Assembly (NCBI GenBank): GCA_013265495.1
Contig: MU060707.1
Coordinates: 2,147,247-2,211,246 of the forward strand
Length of the DNA: 64,000 nt
Direction of reading: 5' to 3'
Origin: Vicugna vicugna
Lineage: Eukaryota
Below, piece by piece: positions 39,601 to 53,320 of this stretch (position 1 is its first letter; each line of letters begins with the position of its first letter). The notes beneath the pieces were generated by a model. It was not told the DNA's origin. It worked only from the letters and a program-made list of their open reading frames with translations, and made no database searches. The position numbers and the translations under genes were made by a program.

Positions 39601-42600
39601 TTTAGTTTGGGTGCTTTTCATTGAGCAAAGCTCAACCTGGGGTAAATTGGAAGCCAGGGAATAATCTGGTTTCTGCAACTGATAGGAAATCACCTGAAGG
39701 CTGTGATAAATTTGGGTAACATGATGCTTAAAGGGAAGAGAAAAAAAATGTGGGTAATAGGGAAAGACCTGAAAAATTCTTACAGAAGAAGGTAAATCTC
39801 TGAGCTCTGGTCTTCCTAAAATCAAGTGTGTCTATTAAAGGTGTTTGGAAGTGTCATCCTGTTGATCAGTCCCATGTCAGGATTGGCATAGCTGTGTCTG
39901 TGCCATCCTGAACATCGGTCCAGCTCCTCTCAGGTGGGACATTGAAGAAGAGAAATTACCTAGGGTGCTGGGATCATCTTTCTTGGGGAAGGGAGACCCA
40001 ACAAAGTTCAGAGAGCCCCAGACACGTCCACGAGTCATCCTGAGGTAGAGAGTCCAGTGATGAATTCCAAATAGAAGCATCAGCCCCTCCAGGTGCCAGA
40101 AGGCTCAGCCTATCGGGGTCATAGGCACTGGAAATTCCAGGACCAACAGAGTGCATGTTGTCAGCAGGGCTTTTCCGTGGGACCACCCCGTCCTCCCCTG
40201 GAGCAGCCTGGTGCTGCCTCTGACAGCCGCTGCTGAATTTCACGCCGATGCTTTCACCACTTGCTGCAGCAGTGTTTCAGTTACTGGCTGATCAAGATGG
40301 AGAGCTGAAACCATTTCTCCAGGCAGTCTAATCTGGGTAGCTGGGTTGGCTGAACACAGCTTTCAAGACTTTCAGTAAAGGCCGTGTGGCCCAGTTGGGC
40401 ACATTTTGGCTCTGTTTTCAAACTCTCCTTTTGGAGCACAATAGCTCAGTCAGCAAGCTCCCTTCTAAATTCATCCACCTTAACGAGTCTCATGTGGCCT
40501 TAGAAGTTCCCGCTTTCTTGAATCCCACATCTTGCCCCAGTTCCTCTCCCTTAAAGAGCAGAAAGTGTGGTGTTCGCCTCTGTCCCTGGCTAAGTGAAGA
40601 CGGCATTGGCAGGAAACACCTGCCGTGTTAGGCAGGATTTTAGGATGGCCCCACAGCCTTTTCCCTCTGTAGATGACCGTAATCAGGTAACCTTGTATGG
40701 CAAGGGTGATGGATTTTTCCAGGTGTAAACAAGGTCCCAAATCAGGTGACCAAGTTGTCAATAGGGAAATATCTTGTGAGGCCCTGGCTTATTTAGAAGT
40801 TCTTTGAAAGCCATTCAGTTTTCCCTGAGGGCAGAGACTCCAGGGTCTACCGAGATTCTCTCGCTCCTTCACCCCGCCCCCCAGCCAACCCTTTTGATCA
40901 ACGTGACAGTCACAGCGAAAGGGACACTGCCAACAACTGAGGGATCTTGGAAGTGGATTCTTGCCGAGTCGAGTTTCCAGCTGGAAAAGTAGCCCAGCGG
41001 TGACCTGTTTGTCTCTTGTGAGACCCTGAAGAGGTGCCAGTGAAGCCGTGCCCAGAATCCAAGCTGTAGACTTCATGAGACAACAAACGGGCGTTGTTTT
41101 TAGCCTCTCGGGTGGTAACTTGTAGTAGAGCAGCAGACTGTCGTGCCCTTTGCTAAAGCCCTGCTCAGCCTGACCTGCTCCAGGGTTTCCAGAGCTATTG
41201 ATGGTGTGCAGAGTGAGCCTAGTGGAACTACCGTCATGTCTGTGCCTGCAACCTCACAAGGAACACTTCCCTGGCACGCAGCCCCTCATATGATGACAAG
41301 GTAGCGCTAGTGATAAGTCATGTTTTTCCCTAACGTTGGTGTAGCTGCTCTTCCTCCCCAGTTTTCATTCTATCTGCTCTTTATTGTCGAGATTACCCTG
41401 GTGGCATCTCTCGTCTTATTAGGGTGTTCCTTGAAGTAGGATATGAAGAATTCTATGCTTTCAGCTCCTCACTGATTGATGGTGCTCGGAATCCTTGCTT
41501 GTCAGAGCTTACGATTACTCTTTCTACCTACCCCAGTCTTGCTGAATATAAGGTAGATGAGGAGAAACATTTGTCTTCGCAGAAGAGAGAATTTGTGAAG
41601 AGACCTCTTTACTGCTGCACATAAGCGCAGTAATCACACAGTGAGGGAAAAACTGGCTATATGTCTCCGCCCTACGTCTGACAGGTCTGTGCTGTTTTGC
41701 AGCCCGGGTGGACGTCTGCTTTGGCCTTCTGTAGTTAGTCTGCCCTGTGCAGCCTGATCAGGAGGAGGATATGTGGGTAGGTGCCTGGAGGAGGAGGCTG
41801 CAGCTGAGCCTGCATTCCTGTGCCTTGTCTTATAGGGACCCGCGTCCCCCAGGCCAATCTGAGTAATGCTAATTCTCTTGTTCTTGGTGTGTCAGAAGGG
41901 ATCCTTTCCATCTAAGAGTATTTATGAAGATCCAGATGAGATTTTACACTTTTTCAATGCCCTGGAAGAGTTTAGCTCCGATTTATTACTAGACACTCCC
42001 CCTGGATGTTGGTTACATGGTAGTATTTATCATGAGCCTGGACGACTCAGGTCTTTCCCCAAGGCTCATACCCCCTGAGCTCTTGGATCGCTGCCTCTTC
42101 AGTCATTGAAAGTTGATCCTGTGACAGTGCCCTGTCTTCCTTGGCATAAGATCAGTATCCTAATGTCATGGTGCCTCCATGTGGCAGCCTTCCGTGGCCT
42201 ACGGGTTTCATTTTAGCATTGGTTTTGTTACTGTGACATAAAAACATATTTGGGGGGATGAGATCAACACAGAACATGTGTCAGATTGTTGTCCTGTTGA
42301 AGGTGGTCCACCTGGGTTGAGTGTAAAACCTAGGGAAACTTTTGCTTGATGACATTCTTTGATACTCACACAGTTCTGTAGGCTCCTGGCCTCCAGACAG
42401 CAATCTCATGCCAATTTCTCACCTTTTGTGATCAGTTTCCCCATGCTGCCTTCTCCAGAAGCGATATGTGACTGTTTTTGATAGTTTTCCCCGAAAGCCT
42501 TACCCTGTAGTTCTCCTTGCATAAAGGCTTGTCTTAGGTGAGAAAGTGAGATAGTTTTAGGGTTTCTTGATCCTCCCCAGAGTCAGCGATGTTTCAGGAA

Positions 42601-42880
42601 TGACTCAATCAGGAACTTAACGCTGGGCAATCTCACTTTTCTTTAGTCCTCTCCATGGCCATTAATCTCAGAGTATATTCTGGGTCTACATGATTTGATA
42701 AATCAGCCCTGATTTCTCAGTCATTCATAGATCAGCATCTGCAAGTCAGTTGAGAAAGAGGACATACATTCAGACAATGTATTTCCTTAAGCATAACATA
42801 CAGTTGGAACTTTTCACTTGCTTCTTGCTATGCTAATGAAGTCTTCTGTCATAACCTCAGAAAGTACAAGTGAGTTGCCC
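36600..42880 (-). pseudogene. Array unit U6 (composite, probably more than one partial copy)
   Basis: Carries two copies of the 'catatcttaatg..gatctgtggg' block (37185, 42150). 39850-40700 matches 52330-53090 and 61860-62520. 41530-41620 matches 62870-62980. Confidence 0.7.
39504..39600. mobile_element. Remnant of the same ERVL-LTR/MLT1 junction in U6
   Basis: gagttagtatgcattttccc..tctgaggtgag is followed at 39559 by tgtgttactttccagttgctcctgtaaca (MLT1 terminus), as at 20079/20138 and 53321/53378. Confidence 0.55.
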
Positions 42881-42889
42881 AAGAGTTGC

Positions 42890-45800
42890 AAGGTCCATAG
42901 GTGCTTGAATCACTTGCCTAGTGCCCTGGAGGCAGACTCTGGACCCAAATTTCTAAGGAACTGAATCATCCTCTAATTTGCACTGTGGGGGCCTCTTCAG
43001 AGAAGCAGGAGGTGAGTGAAAATGGAAACATGAAAACATTCTCAAGCCAGAATTATCATTGCGTTTCTTCTGCAATCACTTAGGGCAGTGACAACTCAAG
43101 AGGTTATGAAAGTGCTGCTTCCAAAAATTTTAGCTTCAAAACTTCCCTCTCCTTTTGATGCTATGGCACCTGTAGGATTTCAGATCTGACTCAGGAATCC
43201 TTGATAGGGAAAGGCATTTCAAAAGTCCATTTTCCAGCTGCTTCCTTTGGGTAAACAATAATTCACCATTGCTGACAACCCCATGGATGTATTTTTTAAA
43301 TGCTCAACCTTATTCTTGACAGAGTCAAAATCTCAAGTGATTATGATGTTAGGAGGCTATGTCCTTAGAATCTTCCTTGGATGGTCCTACAATTCTTTCT
43401 GTATCATCTCTGAGTGACGATTGAAAGTATGTTTCACGTGGCCTCTAAAGAAAATCATTTCAGAGTTAACTGTTTTATTGGTGTATTACAGCAATGCAGA
43501 TTTGAAGTGTTTTCCCCTTGGTGTTGAGTGCTTGTGCTCCTTCCTCACTTTTCATACTTGTCTTAACACAAGTGTGTCCTCTTAGGGGAACCAGTGCTGA
43601 CTTTCCCTGTTGGTCAGTTGGTTGAGGTGAATTGATGAACCTGACCAACCAGGGAAACTCCTTGCCTGATGCTTTCTTCTGGTTCGGAGTCAATGTCTGT
43701 AGCTTGTTGGCCGCCAGACACATCACATGGCAGGTGCCTGCCTTCATCGGGGCCACAGAACTCACCTCATCCTTGAGACTGGGTGTTTCCCTCTCTTATC
43801 CCCTCGTCTAAAGATGGACGGCTTCCCTCTGAATTTGCTCCACCTATAAACCCAGTCCTGTGGCTCTTCTGCGTGAATGGCTGTAGAAGAAACGAGCTTT
43901 CTCAGGGTTTCATAATTCTGTGTGGTCCTCCATGCCCTAGGATGGACTTCATCATGAATTAAATGCTGGTTATTCAAATGTCTCATTTTCAGTTTTTAGA
44001 AATGCTAATATCCAAGCACAGTTTCATTGCGCCCTTAGTGCTGCCTGAATAGAATCCAGACCCAAAGATGTGTCCCCATTAGCAAGGGTGACATTCTATA
44101 GTGAAAGAAATGGATTTTCTACAAATGATACAGAGAACCATCCGTTACCTCCTGCTACTCCTAGTGAAATCTGCTGTAGCCCAGTCAGATGAGCTGGCTG
44201 AGCACAGTTAACTACAGTCTGTGACTCTGGGTGGGATCCTGAACACAAAGGTATAAATACCCTGTCCCAGTCATTGCTTTGCACTTTGGGTACTGGAGAG
44301 AGGGTGTCTGGGTGAGGGAAATGAAACGCCTTGTCGCTTTGTCTTCCTCACTAAGCCTTGTCCTTTCCCGATGCCCTTTCAGTGTTCCTTTGTTTGATCT
44401 TCAATTACATTCATTCTCCTACTGATCCCATATATTTTTACATAGTATTATATTTATGCTGAATGTTTCATCTCTGTTTTGGGTCTATATATTCTTTGGG
44501 AAATACCTACCCTTGTGTCTTTGAGAATATTGAGTCTATATATCTTAATTTCTTGATCTATTAATCTTTCAATAGATTATAGGTTCTGTGTTCTTTAGAA
44601 TATGGTGCCCTTTAGGAACTTTCTTGAATCCTTAGGTTCTTGTAGTAACTTTTCTTCCTGAGTGTGTATATTCAGTGAGACTCTAGATTAAAAATGTTTC
44701 AGTTTGCTGACTTAGGTATATCTACCTGGGTTGAATGCCATTTTGTACTGTACTTGGAAGTCCTCCGAGGCTGGGATGTCCCAGGTGGTACTACTTCAAG
44801 TTTCCCCAGAGGAGGCAAACAACTAAATGCTAGCAGGTTAGAGTTAGATGCTCTCTAATTTCTTTTCCTGAAAGACTTTGTCACCAATAGTAATATGAAT
44901 GTCCCAGACAAGTAGGGGACAGTGCTTATCATGGACAACATTGTTCTTCTGTGTGCAGCTAAGGCTTGTCTGGGAGAGAGTTCTGAAACCATCCCAGTCC
45001 CAGTCCCACAACTAGGAATGCTTGCATTTGTCCCCAGACGATGAGCCATAGACATTTTTCTGAGCCAGAGACATTTTTCTGGCCCAGAGAAAAAGCTGTT
45101 GGTCGTACCTGCTGCGCATTAGCGCCTTACCAATTTATTCTTAATGATGGTTTTCTGAGGTCCTGAGGAATGACTATGATAAAAGAAAAATGAACAGTAC
45201 CAGGACTTTTTCATAAAGAACATGCTGTTTGTCAGTCAGTAGAGTGAAGGGTTTGCATCTCCTGGCAGCTCTGCTGAGCACAAGCCTGTGTGAATCAGGG
45301 ACATCATTAGTCTCTGGAGAACGAAGAATCATGCATCTTACTTACTTGGATAGTAAAGCTGCTGAGAATTAAACCAGTGGATTGAGAGAGGCTACTTGAT
45401 CCCCAGGGCTGAAGCCATTGTGAGTCTGGGGTGCTGTGATTCGTCTTACAGAAGGAGGCATATCAAGTCATCCTGGACAGTTTTGTTGAAGAAAAGTTCC
45501 AGTTGTTCATGAGTCCATGGGAACAGATTTCTGAGCTTGTAATAGACTCTTGCTGTATATTCTGAAATTTTCCTCACGTCTTAGCATAGATATAAGCCTG
45601 TTGGAGTCTTCCTCAATACTGGGCTTTGTAACATAGTCTGGACATGTGGTAGCTCTGTTCAGTGGACACCTGATGGCTCCTAGCAAGGTGTTTCAGTTGC
45701 ACCAGCTTTGCTGACAGCTCCTTGTTACTTGATGTGGATGGGGCAGGTTTAGACTTTCACTCCAGCTACCCACCTTTGTCTCATTTGTCTACTGTTCCTG

Positions 45801-48800
45801 GGTCCTACTGCTGGTACCCGGTCATCTTGATGAAGTTAATTCTCTCCTGGATAGAGTGAAGAAAACCGTAGAGTCAAAATTAATTGGAAAGTTGCAATAT
45901 CCATGCTTGCACTCTGAAACTTGTGTTAGTGAAGATGAGAGCCCCTGTGTCTCTGTCCAGAGCTGAGATGAAATGCTGCTGGTCTTCCATCAGAAAGATG
46001 GGGGAGCAGAAAGCTCATTCCCAATTCCTGTATTTCATCACTAACTCATATCTCTAGGAGAATCTCTGGAAACACTCATACCTGGATGGCTGACTTTATT
46101 TTGCTGAAGGAAAATGATCTGTCAATTAAAGTGGCAAAAATCCAGGTTTAGAAAACACTCAACAGATTGTGTGATACTATATTGGCATAATACAACTGAG
46201 CATCTAGAGATTCATGTGCTCAGCATACATGGGTCTGTTTGGAGCAGTGAAGTGTTAGCTGCTTTCCTAGATAATCCCACCATCGAAAGGTGGGACCTCA
46301 GGATGTACACTGTGAATTTTCTGGCACCAGCCATTTGGTGGTGATCATCCAACCCCTGGATGAATCGCCCAAGGTGTGGCTATTTCACAGGACATCACAG
46401 GTCTTTTAACTTGTCATGTGACTTAGTAGTTTATCCTTCAAGGCCATTGTAGACTGAGGAGGTCCTTATTGGGATCTCAACTATTCCTACAAAGACAAGT
46501 TAGCACCAGTAATAATATACATTTTTTCTTGTCATTTTGATGTAGCTGCTCTACCTTTCCTGCTATTTATTATTTAAGCTATCTTTGGGACTTTTCTCCT
46601 GTCTCACTATGGTCTTCCACCAACAGGATATGAAGAATTTAGTTCTGATAATGTCCATGAGGAAGTGTTTGGTTGTTACAGTCTTATCATGGCCATAAGG
46701 ATGTTTCTTAGAATTCTTCCTTGATCAGAGATGTAAACACCACTGCCCTTCCCCTGAACTTGAATGAATATATTGTAGATGAGATGAGAATGAATCCTTT
46801 GGGAAAGGCAGTTCCTCTGAGGTAACCAAATTCCTTTTATAGTGGACAGGAATCCTCCTGTGAAATGAGAAGGAGGGGATGTCATTTCTCCCTAAATCTG
46901 ATGACATTTGTGTGGAATCTGAGGACAAGTATGCAGGGCCTTTTATCAGTTGAGTTTCCTCTTTAGCCACCTTTACTAACTGTGCTATGTTGCCTGATCT
47001 AGGAGGAGACTGGAGGCAACTGGCCTGAGAAGATCTTAGAGAAGTTACAGGGATATGAGCTCATCTTGCAGTATGCTTGTTCCTTTGGGGTCAACTAGAG
47101 TAAAGATGATTTCCTTGCTGTGCCTCATTAGCTGGGATCAAGTAATTAACCCATACCGTGTGACCAGAACATATACTTCACCGTCAAGATCCTGCCTTTC
47201 AAAAGGTGGTGGTCTCACCTCCCTCAGTGTCCTCAAGCTGGAGGCCTGAGTGACCACCACTGGAAGTAGTAGAGAAAAAGGAGAGGGGTGTGCCTGAAGT
47301 GTTCTTGCTGGTGTATTTCCTAAGAGGTATCCAGTGTGCTGGGACATCCCAGCAAAAGCCACTTTTGCATTGATGTTCCTATGCTGCATTTGAGGGGGAA
47401 AGGGATCCCTGGAAATCAAAGAAGACTGGAACATCCAGATCAAAGATCGGTCAGTGGGTACGCCTGGTCCCTCCGGTGCACCCACTCCCATTTGCCCCAA
47501 GTTTTGTAGGCTTCAACACCAGCCACACAGATGGAGTGAGAAGTGGCTCACAGTTAGAGTGATAAATGTCAGGTCTAGCTGAGAGATGCTTCCAGGTTTC
47601 AGACAGGCAGGGGAGATTAAAATTAGTCTTACTCTTTCCTGTGATTCCAAGTTAATGTTATGTCTCCTTTTACTTCCTTTTAACTTTATCTCTATCATTT
47701 TTCTTCCTCCTGATTCTCTACCCCCATCATTCATGTCAGTGAATGAATAGTTAACGGTCCTCATTTTTTAAATAGAAAGTGAAACCTGAATGTCTTAGTT
47801 TGGATCTTTCAACTCTGAATAGACTATGGACTTGGGCCAGATACTTTATTTGGAAGTTTCCCAGGTAGCACACAGGTCATAGAGGTGAATATGAGACTAG
47901 AAGGGGTAATAGCCAGTAACAGGCACAGAACTGAGCTGTCACCTCGCCCTGGGTATGGCTCACTCCTAATTGGACCCTGTGAAGAACCATGTAGAATGTA
48001 TCACAGGATGTCCTCCCTGGAAGGCAGCAGTCCAAGGATTCTCCCGCCAACTCCATCTACCTCACTGGTTGAGATATTTCCTTCCTGCATGGCTAACAAG
48101 GACCTTGTGCCTGTGCTGAGCTCTCTTGAGCTTTCTTGGGAGAAAGCTTTAGGACAGAACCTGACACACATCACAAGGTCGCCAGGTGAAATGTGGCAAC
48201 AGGTGTGGTGCTGTCCTTCACAGATGCGCTGAGAACAAGGTCTAGAGGATGTGTTATGGAGCACCCCTACCTCTGCTACACACCCCACCTATTCTAGAAG
48301 AATGCCAACCCTCCTGGGTTCTCCTTTCAGTAGAAAAGGGACACATAGGTCCATACTAGCAAGTCAATACATATACCATAGCTGTAGTCTCCAGTACTCA
48401 TCTTGGGATGGCATCTGTTCCTCTCCTGAGAAGAGGTTCTTCATAGACCTCTAGTCCCATTCCCTTGCTACCATCTCTGTCTCTCAGTAACATCAGGCAG
48501 AATCAAATACCTTAGAATGCTGACAAATGAGACGTATTTGCTTACCCTGATTTATATGAGGGCTTTTGCTTTGTCTTTTCAAATACTTTTTTCCATCCAG
48601 GAATGAAAAATCATGTTGGCATATTATCTAAAACTCAACAGGCATTGGCCAAGAAAAAAATATTCTTGAAGAAATCTACAATATCTCATTCCTGCCTTGC
48701 AGTGGAATGGATATTGAGGTTTTAGATTCCATTCCTGTGTGAATGTTTCAACGTACCAGTGAGTCATGTCTAATGTTAAACGCTCATGTGGGCATCCTCT

Positions 48801-48980
48801 TCTTCCAGGAATACACTTTGCTCTGTTCCTGTTCACTTAGGATTAGTTTATTATATAAAGAATATCACCTTTCAGTTTTTAGGTGAATTTCATGCACATT
48901 CCTTGAGCTTCTCAAACCTGTCACTCACTTGAACATGAGCAAGCGATGCTCGTCTGCAGAGGAGTTTATTCCACATTGTG
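42890..48980 (-). pseudogene. Array unit U7
   Basis: Landmarks at 42895, 43660, 44520, 44721, 45270, 45950, 46981, 47636; ERVL LTR at 47791; head at 48421. Confidence 0.8.
47791..48222 (+). mobile_element. ERVL-class LTR (LTR33/LTR40-like) in U7
   Basis: tgtcttagtttggatc..tttatttggaagtttcccaggtagcacacagg, with the same left flank (gaaacctga) as in U4. Confidence 0.65.
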
Positions 48981-49782
48981 AAGTTGTATCCTCTCCTGTA
49001 GCCCCATGGATTCTGGTGAAGCCTGGCCTGGGAAGTGCTGCCTTCCCACTGAACCTTCGGGACTGAGTCAGAAGGCCGCGTGAAATGGGTTTGCCTGCAT
49101 TGCCTATGATGTCTAACCCGAGGGAAGGGTTGGACTGGTGACTGGCCTGACAGACAGAGGTAAAAAGGCTTCCCCAGCTGCCGGAGGGGTCTGACTTTGG
49201 TGTGTCATTCTCATCCCGTCCAACAGCCTAGGCTGTACTCAAGCATTTGTGTGACTGGTATCCTCATTCTTTATGTATCAGAAAGATTCTGTGCATTCAT
49301 GAGCATTTGTGAAGCTCTGGGTGAAGCCATTAACCGTGTGCATGTTCTGGAAGGGAGTTCAGTTCTGATTTATTCCTGGTCATATTCACTGGATGTTGAT
49401 CACATGGCAGCATGTATGACAGGCCTGGGCCACTCAGATCTTTCCCCTGAGCTCTCAGCTGGCTCTTTCATCATGTGAACTTGATCCCATGACAGTGCAC
49501 TGTCTTCATTGGTATGGAGTCCATATCTTAATGTGGTGGTGACTTCTCGTGACATCTTCCTTGATCTGTGGTTTCATTTTGCACAGGTTTTGGTTACTGT
49601 ATCTGAAAATGTATTTTAGGGGAGGAGATCAACCCTGAACATGTATCAGATCTCCATCCTGTTGAAGGATGGTCCACCTGGGTTTGATGTAAATCTGTTT
49701 GTAAGCTGATGGAATGCTGTTAGAACTTGAATGTCAGATGTGCTTTCTGGAAAGGGCACATAGGAAGTAAAGGATGCAGGAA

Positions 49783-50596
49783 AGCAGGAAGTTTGCACCC
49801 AGATGTCTTTGAAATTTCTTTCGATGCCTTAGGCACTACTAGAACGTTGTTGTCCCAGACAGAATGAGGACAGAGCTCATGATAGTCAGCAGTAAACTTT
49901 CTGCTTTGCTGGATTCTGTCTGAAGAAATGGAACAGAATTCTGTAATTGTTCCAGTCACCACAATGTTACCCTCCCTGGACTTCACTGTGTCCTATGAGA
50001 GAAAAAAGTGAGTGCAGTGTATTTTCTGGGTTGAGATATCTGCTACGCTTGTACCTTCCTTTCCAGACTTAACCCTTTACTGGTTGTGCTGGGTGACATT
50101 TTTCTGGGGAATGTGTTTCAGAAGTCCTGGAGGATGGGCACCATGGGAGAAAATCCAGAACTTTGAGAATGTGTGTCAGACAGACATGCTAGCAGGAAGT
50201 TTGCACCCAGATGTCTTTGAAATTCCTTTCTACGCCTTAGGCACCACTAGAACGTTGTTGTCCCAGACAGAATGAGGACAGAGCTCATGATAGTCAGCAG
50301 TACTTTCTGCTCTGGGTTGCTGGATTCTGTCTGAAGAAATGGAACAGAATTCTGTAACTGTTCCAGTCACCACAATGTTACCTTCCCTGGACTTCACTGT
50401 ATCCTATGAGAGAAAAAAGTGACTGCAGTGTATTTTCTGGGTTGAGATGTCTGCTATGCTTGTACCTTCCTTTCCAGACTTAACCCTTTACTGGTTGTGC
50501 TGGGTGACATTTTTCTGGGGAATGTGTTTCAGAAGTCCTGGAGGATGGGCACCATGGGAGAAAATCCAGAACTTTGAGAATGTGTGTCAGACAGAC
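49783..50596. repeat. Tandem duplication, 408-bp period, slightly diverged
   Basis: agcaggaagtttgcaccc starts at 49783 and 50191. About ten substitutions and one small indel separate the copies. Confidence 0.95.
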
Positions 50597-51178
50597 GTTT
50601 ATAGGTGCATGATGACAGGAGTTTCTTTTCTTGGGGCTACTCTGCTGACCATCAGCAAATGTGAAGCAGGAACCTCTCAGGCCAGCTCTGAGCAGAATTG
50701 TTCCCATCACATCTTAGCTTTTCTGGCAGTAAAGTTTGAGGAGCTCCCAGTAGACCTGAGGGTCCACACTGTTCCAGTCACCACAATGTTACCTTCCCTG
50801 GACTTCACTGTATCCTATGAGAGAAAAAAGTGACTGCAGTGTATTTTCTGGGTTGAGATGTCTGCTATGCTTGTACCTTCCTTTCCAGACTTAACCCTTT
50901 ACTGGTTGTGCTGGGTGACATTTTTCTGGGGAATGTGTTTCAGAAGTCCTGGAGGATGGGCACCATGGGAGAAAATCCAGAACTTTGAGAATGTGTGTCA
51001 GACAGACGTTTATAGGTGCATGATGACAGGAGTTTCTTTTCTTGGGGCTACTCTGCTGACCATCAGCAAATGTGAAGCAGGAACCTCTCAGGCCAGCTCT
51101 GAGCAGAATTGTTCCCATCACATCTTAGCTTTTCTGGCAGTAAAGTTTGAGGAGCTCCCAGTAGACCTGAGGGTCCAC
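50357..51178. repeat. Tandem duplication, 411-bp period, apparently identical
   Basis: actgttccagtcaccacaatg starts at 50357 and 50768. The ORF track shows identical peptides at 50480/50891 and identical N-termini at 50447/50858. Confidence 0.95.
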
Positions 51179-53320
51179 TTGATTCTCAGTACACTGGACT
51201 CGTGTTGACCTCACTACTGAGTCTGGGCTATACATGGAGCAGGGGTATAATCCTCTCAGCCTGGACTGAGTTCCCCTGGGAAAGAGTGATTCCCACCATG
51301 AAAATATCTGGATTTGAATTCGAGTCCTCCTGTCTGTTCTGAATTTTCTTCCCCCCTGAGAGTGTAGAACTAACTTAACAACGTTTCAGTATTTTCATGG
51401 TGGGCAGCGATAATAGTCTCATCGAGTTAAGCTTGTATCAGTGCTGCCAGCTGAGTCTAAGTGTTTTTTTTTCTTTATTTTGCTGACATTTCTTTTACCA
51501 TCTCAAAATTAAATGTCCAAGGATGGATGTTAGAAGTCTAGGTTTGCTCAGGCTGTTTTATCGTCACTACTGGTCCCTTGTTTTGATTCCTATTGCTGAT
51601 GACTGGTCATCATGATGTTTAGACCAGTGCCCTGTCAGAATGGACATTGAATTCTTCCTTAGCATAGGCTGAAGGATATCCTTGAGTCAAAATTAGCTGA
51701 AGTATGAACATACCTATCTTAAATCTCTGGCAGTAGAAGATAGGACTTCTGTTTCTCTGTGCAAAGCTGGCATTGGCATGGAGACGCCAAGTGTCTACAG
51801 AGGAAGGTAAGACAGTACGGTGCTCATTTCTGGTCCCTCAAGTCATCATGAACCCACATCTCTAGGAGTCGTCTCCTGAAACGCTTATGCTGGGCACCTG
51901 AGGATCTGGTACCCGACATACAAGTCATTACCACGGAAACACTCAGGAAAAATAGAAAAATGACTTTATCGTTTAAAGGTGAAAAAATCTCTAATTGATG
52001 AGAATACTTTTGAGGCTTCTCTCCAAAACACACAGTCCTGATCTTCACAATCAAGAGTTCAGCGTAGGGGGAGCCTCTTCCTGTTAACTATTGAGATGAC
52101 AGCACTGCTCTTACTGTTTTCCCAGCAGTGAGCATCTGGGGACCCTGTGGCCAGGAAGAGTGGGTCTGTTGGAAGAGTAAAATGATACCATTTGTGCTGG
52201 ACACACCCCTGGATCCATCCACTGGACCTTAGGATTATAACCCTTTACATTTCTTGGGATGTGACATCAGATAGAGGTCTCATGCTAGTGTTGAATATGA
52301 CATGTCATGTCACTGGGTGTGTCCCACACCGCCATACTGAAGACGGATGCTGGCTCCTAGAAGGTGGGACACTGGGGAGAGATGTGACCTGGGATGCTGG
52401 GATCATCTTCCATGGGAGGGTAGAATTGCATAAGTTGATCTGTCCCAGAAAATGGAGACCTAACAAGGTCCAGTGATCCACAGCCATGTTTGCTGGCCAT
52501 CCTGAGGTGGAGAATCCCATGGTGAATTCCAAATAGGGGCAGCAGCCCCTCCAGGCACCAGAATGCGTAGGCATCGCAGGGTCACAGGCATCAGAAATGC
52601 CAGGACCCACAGGGCAAGTGCTTGCCACTGTTCTGTTCTTCCTCCTCTGAAACAGTCTGGCCATGGCTTCTGACCGCTGCCCAATTCTGTGATACTGCTT
52701 CTTCGTTGAATGCAATAGGGCTTGGTTTACTTGTCTATCAGGGTCAAGGTCGAGAGTTTCTCCAGGTATACAGTCTGGGTATGTACGCTTGATGAGCACA
52801 TCTTTCAATACTGTCAGCAGAGCCAAAGGGAGCCCACAGGGGCTGCATCGTCCTTACGACTGAAAAGACTTCTTTGGGTATACAGTGGTTCAGTTAGCGG
52901 GGTTACTTCTAAACTGCTCTGTCTGCTTCAATTTCCTGTGACATGTGGCCTCTGAAGTCACCACCTTGTGTAGGCCACATCTTTCCTCAGCTGGTTTCCC
53001 TTTGAGGGCAGAAAGCGTGTTTTTTACCCCTATTGCTGGCTTGAGTAAAGATAATATTAGCAGTGGGCAGGATTCTAAGATGGCCCCAGGATCCCTGCGC
53101 CCTAGGGGTAAACTTTAGTAATTTCAGTCTTTGAGTTTAAACTTCAAATATAGAAGCACAAATGCCTTCAATGAACGCTGTTTATACCGTTTCAATACTA
53201 TAGGTTTGGAGGCTAAGAAGACATGTTTCTCATTTTATGACAGTTTTCTTCTTGATCAGGGCTGCCAGGGGAAGAATATTTATGAATCCTATTTTTGTGA
53301 AGTATAAAAGCAACCTCAGT

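Noticed and set aside
47748-47760. MYB-like site (TAACGG) as evidence for an A-MYB-driven piRNA promoter
   Set aside because: A 6-bp motif is expected many times by chance, it was not seen in the paralogous units, and there is no CpG-island or promoter context.
50012-51208. Repeated hydrophobic Cys/Trp-rich plus-strand ORFs as a secreted or membrane peptide family
   Set aside because: They are repeated only because of the local 408/411-bp duplications. The frame is not preserved in the diverged paralogue near 55480-55760.
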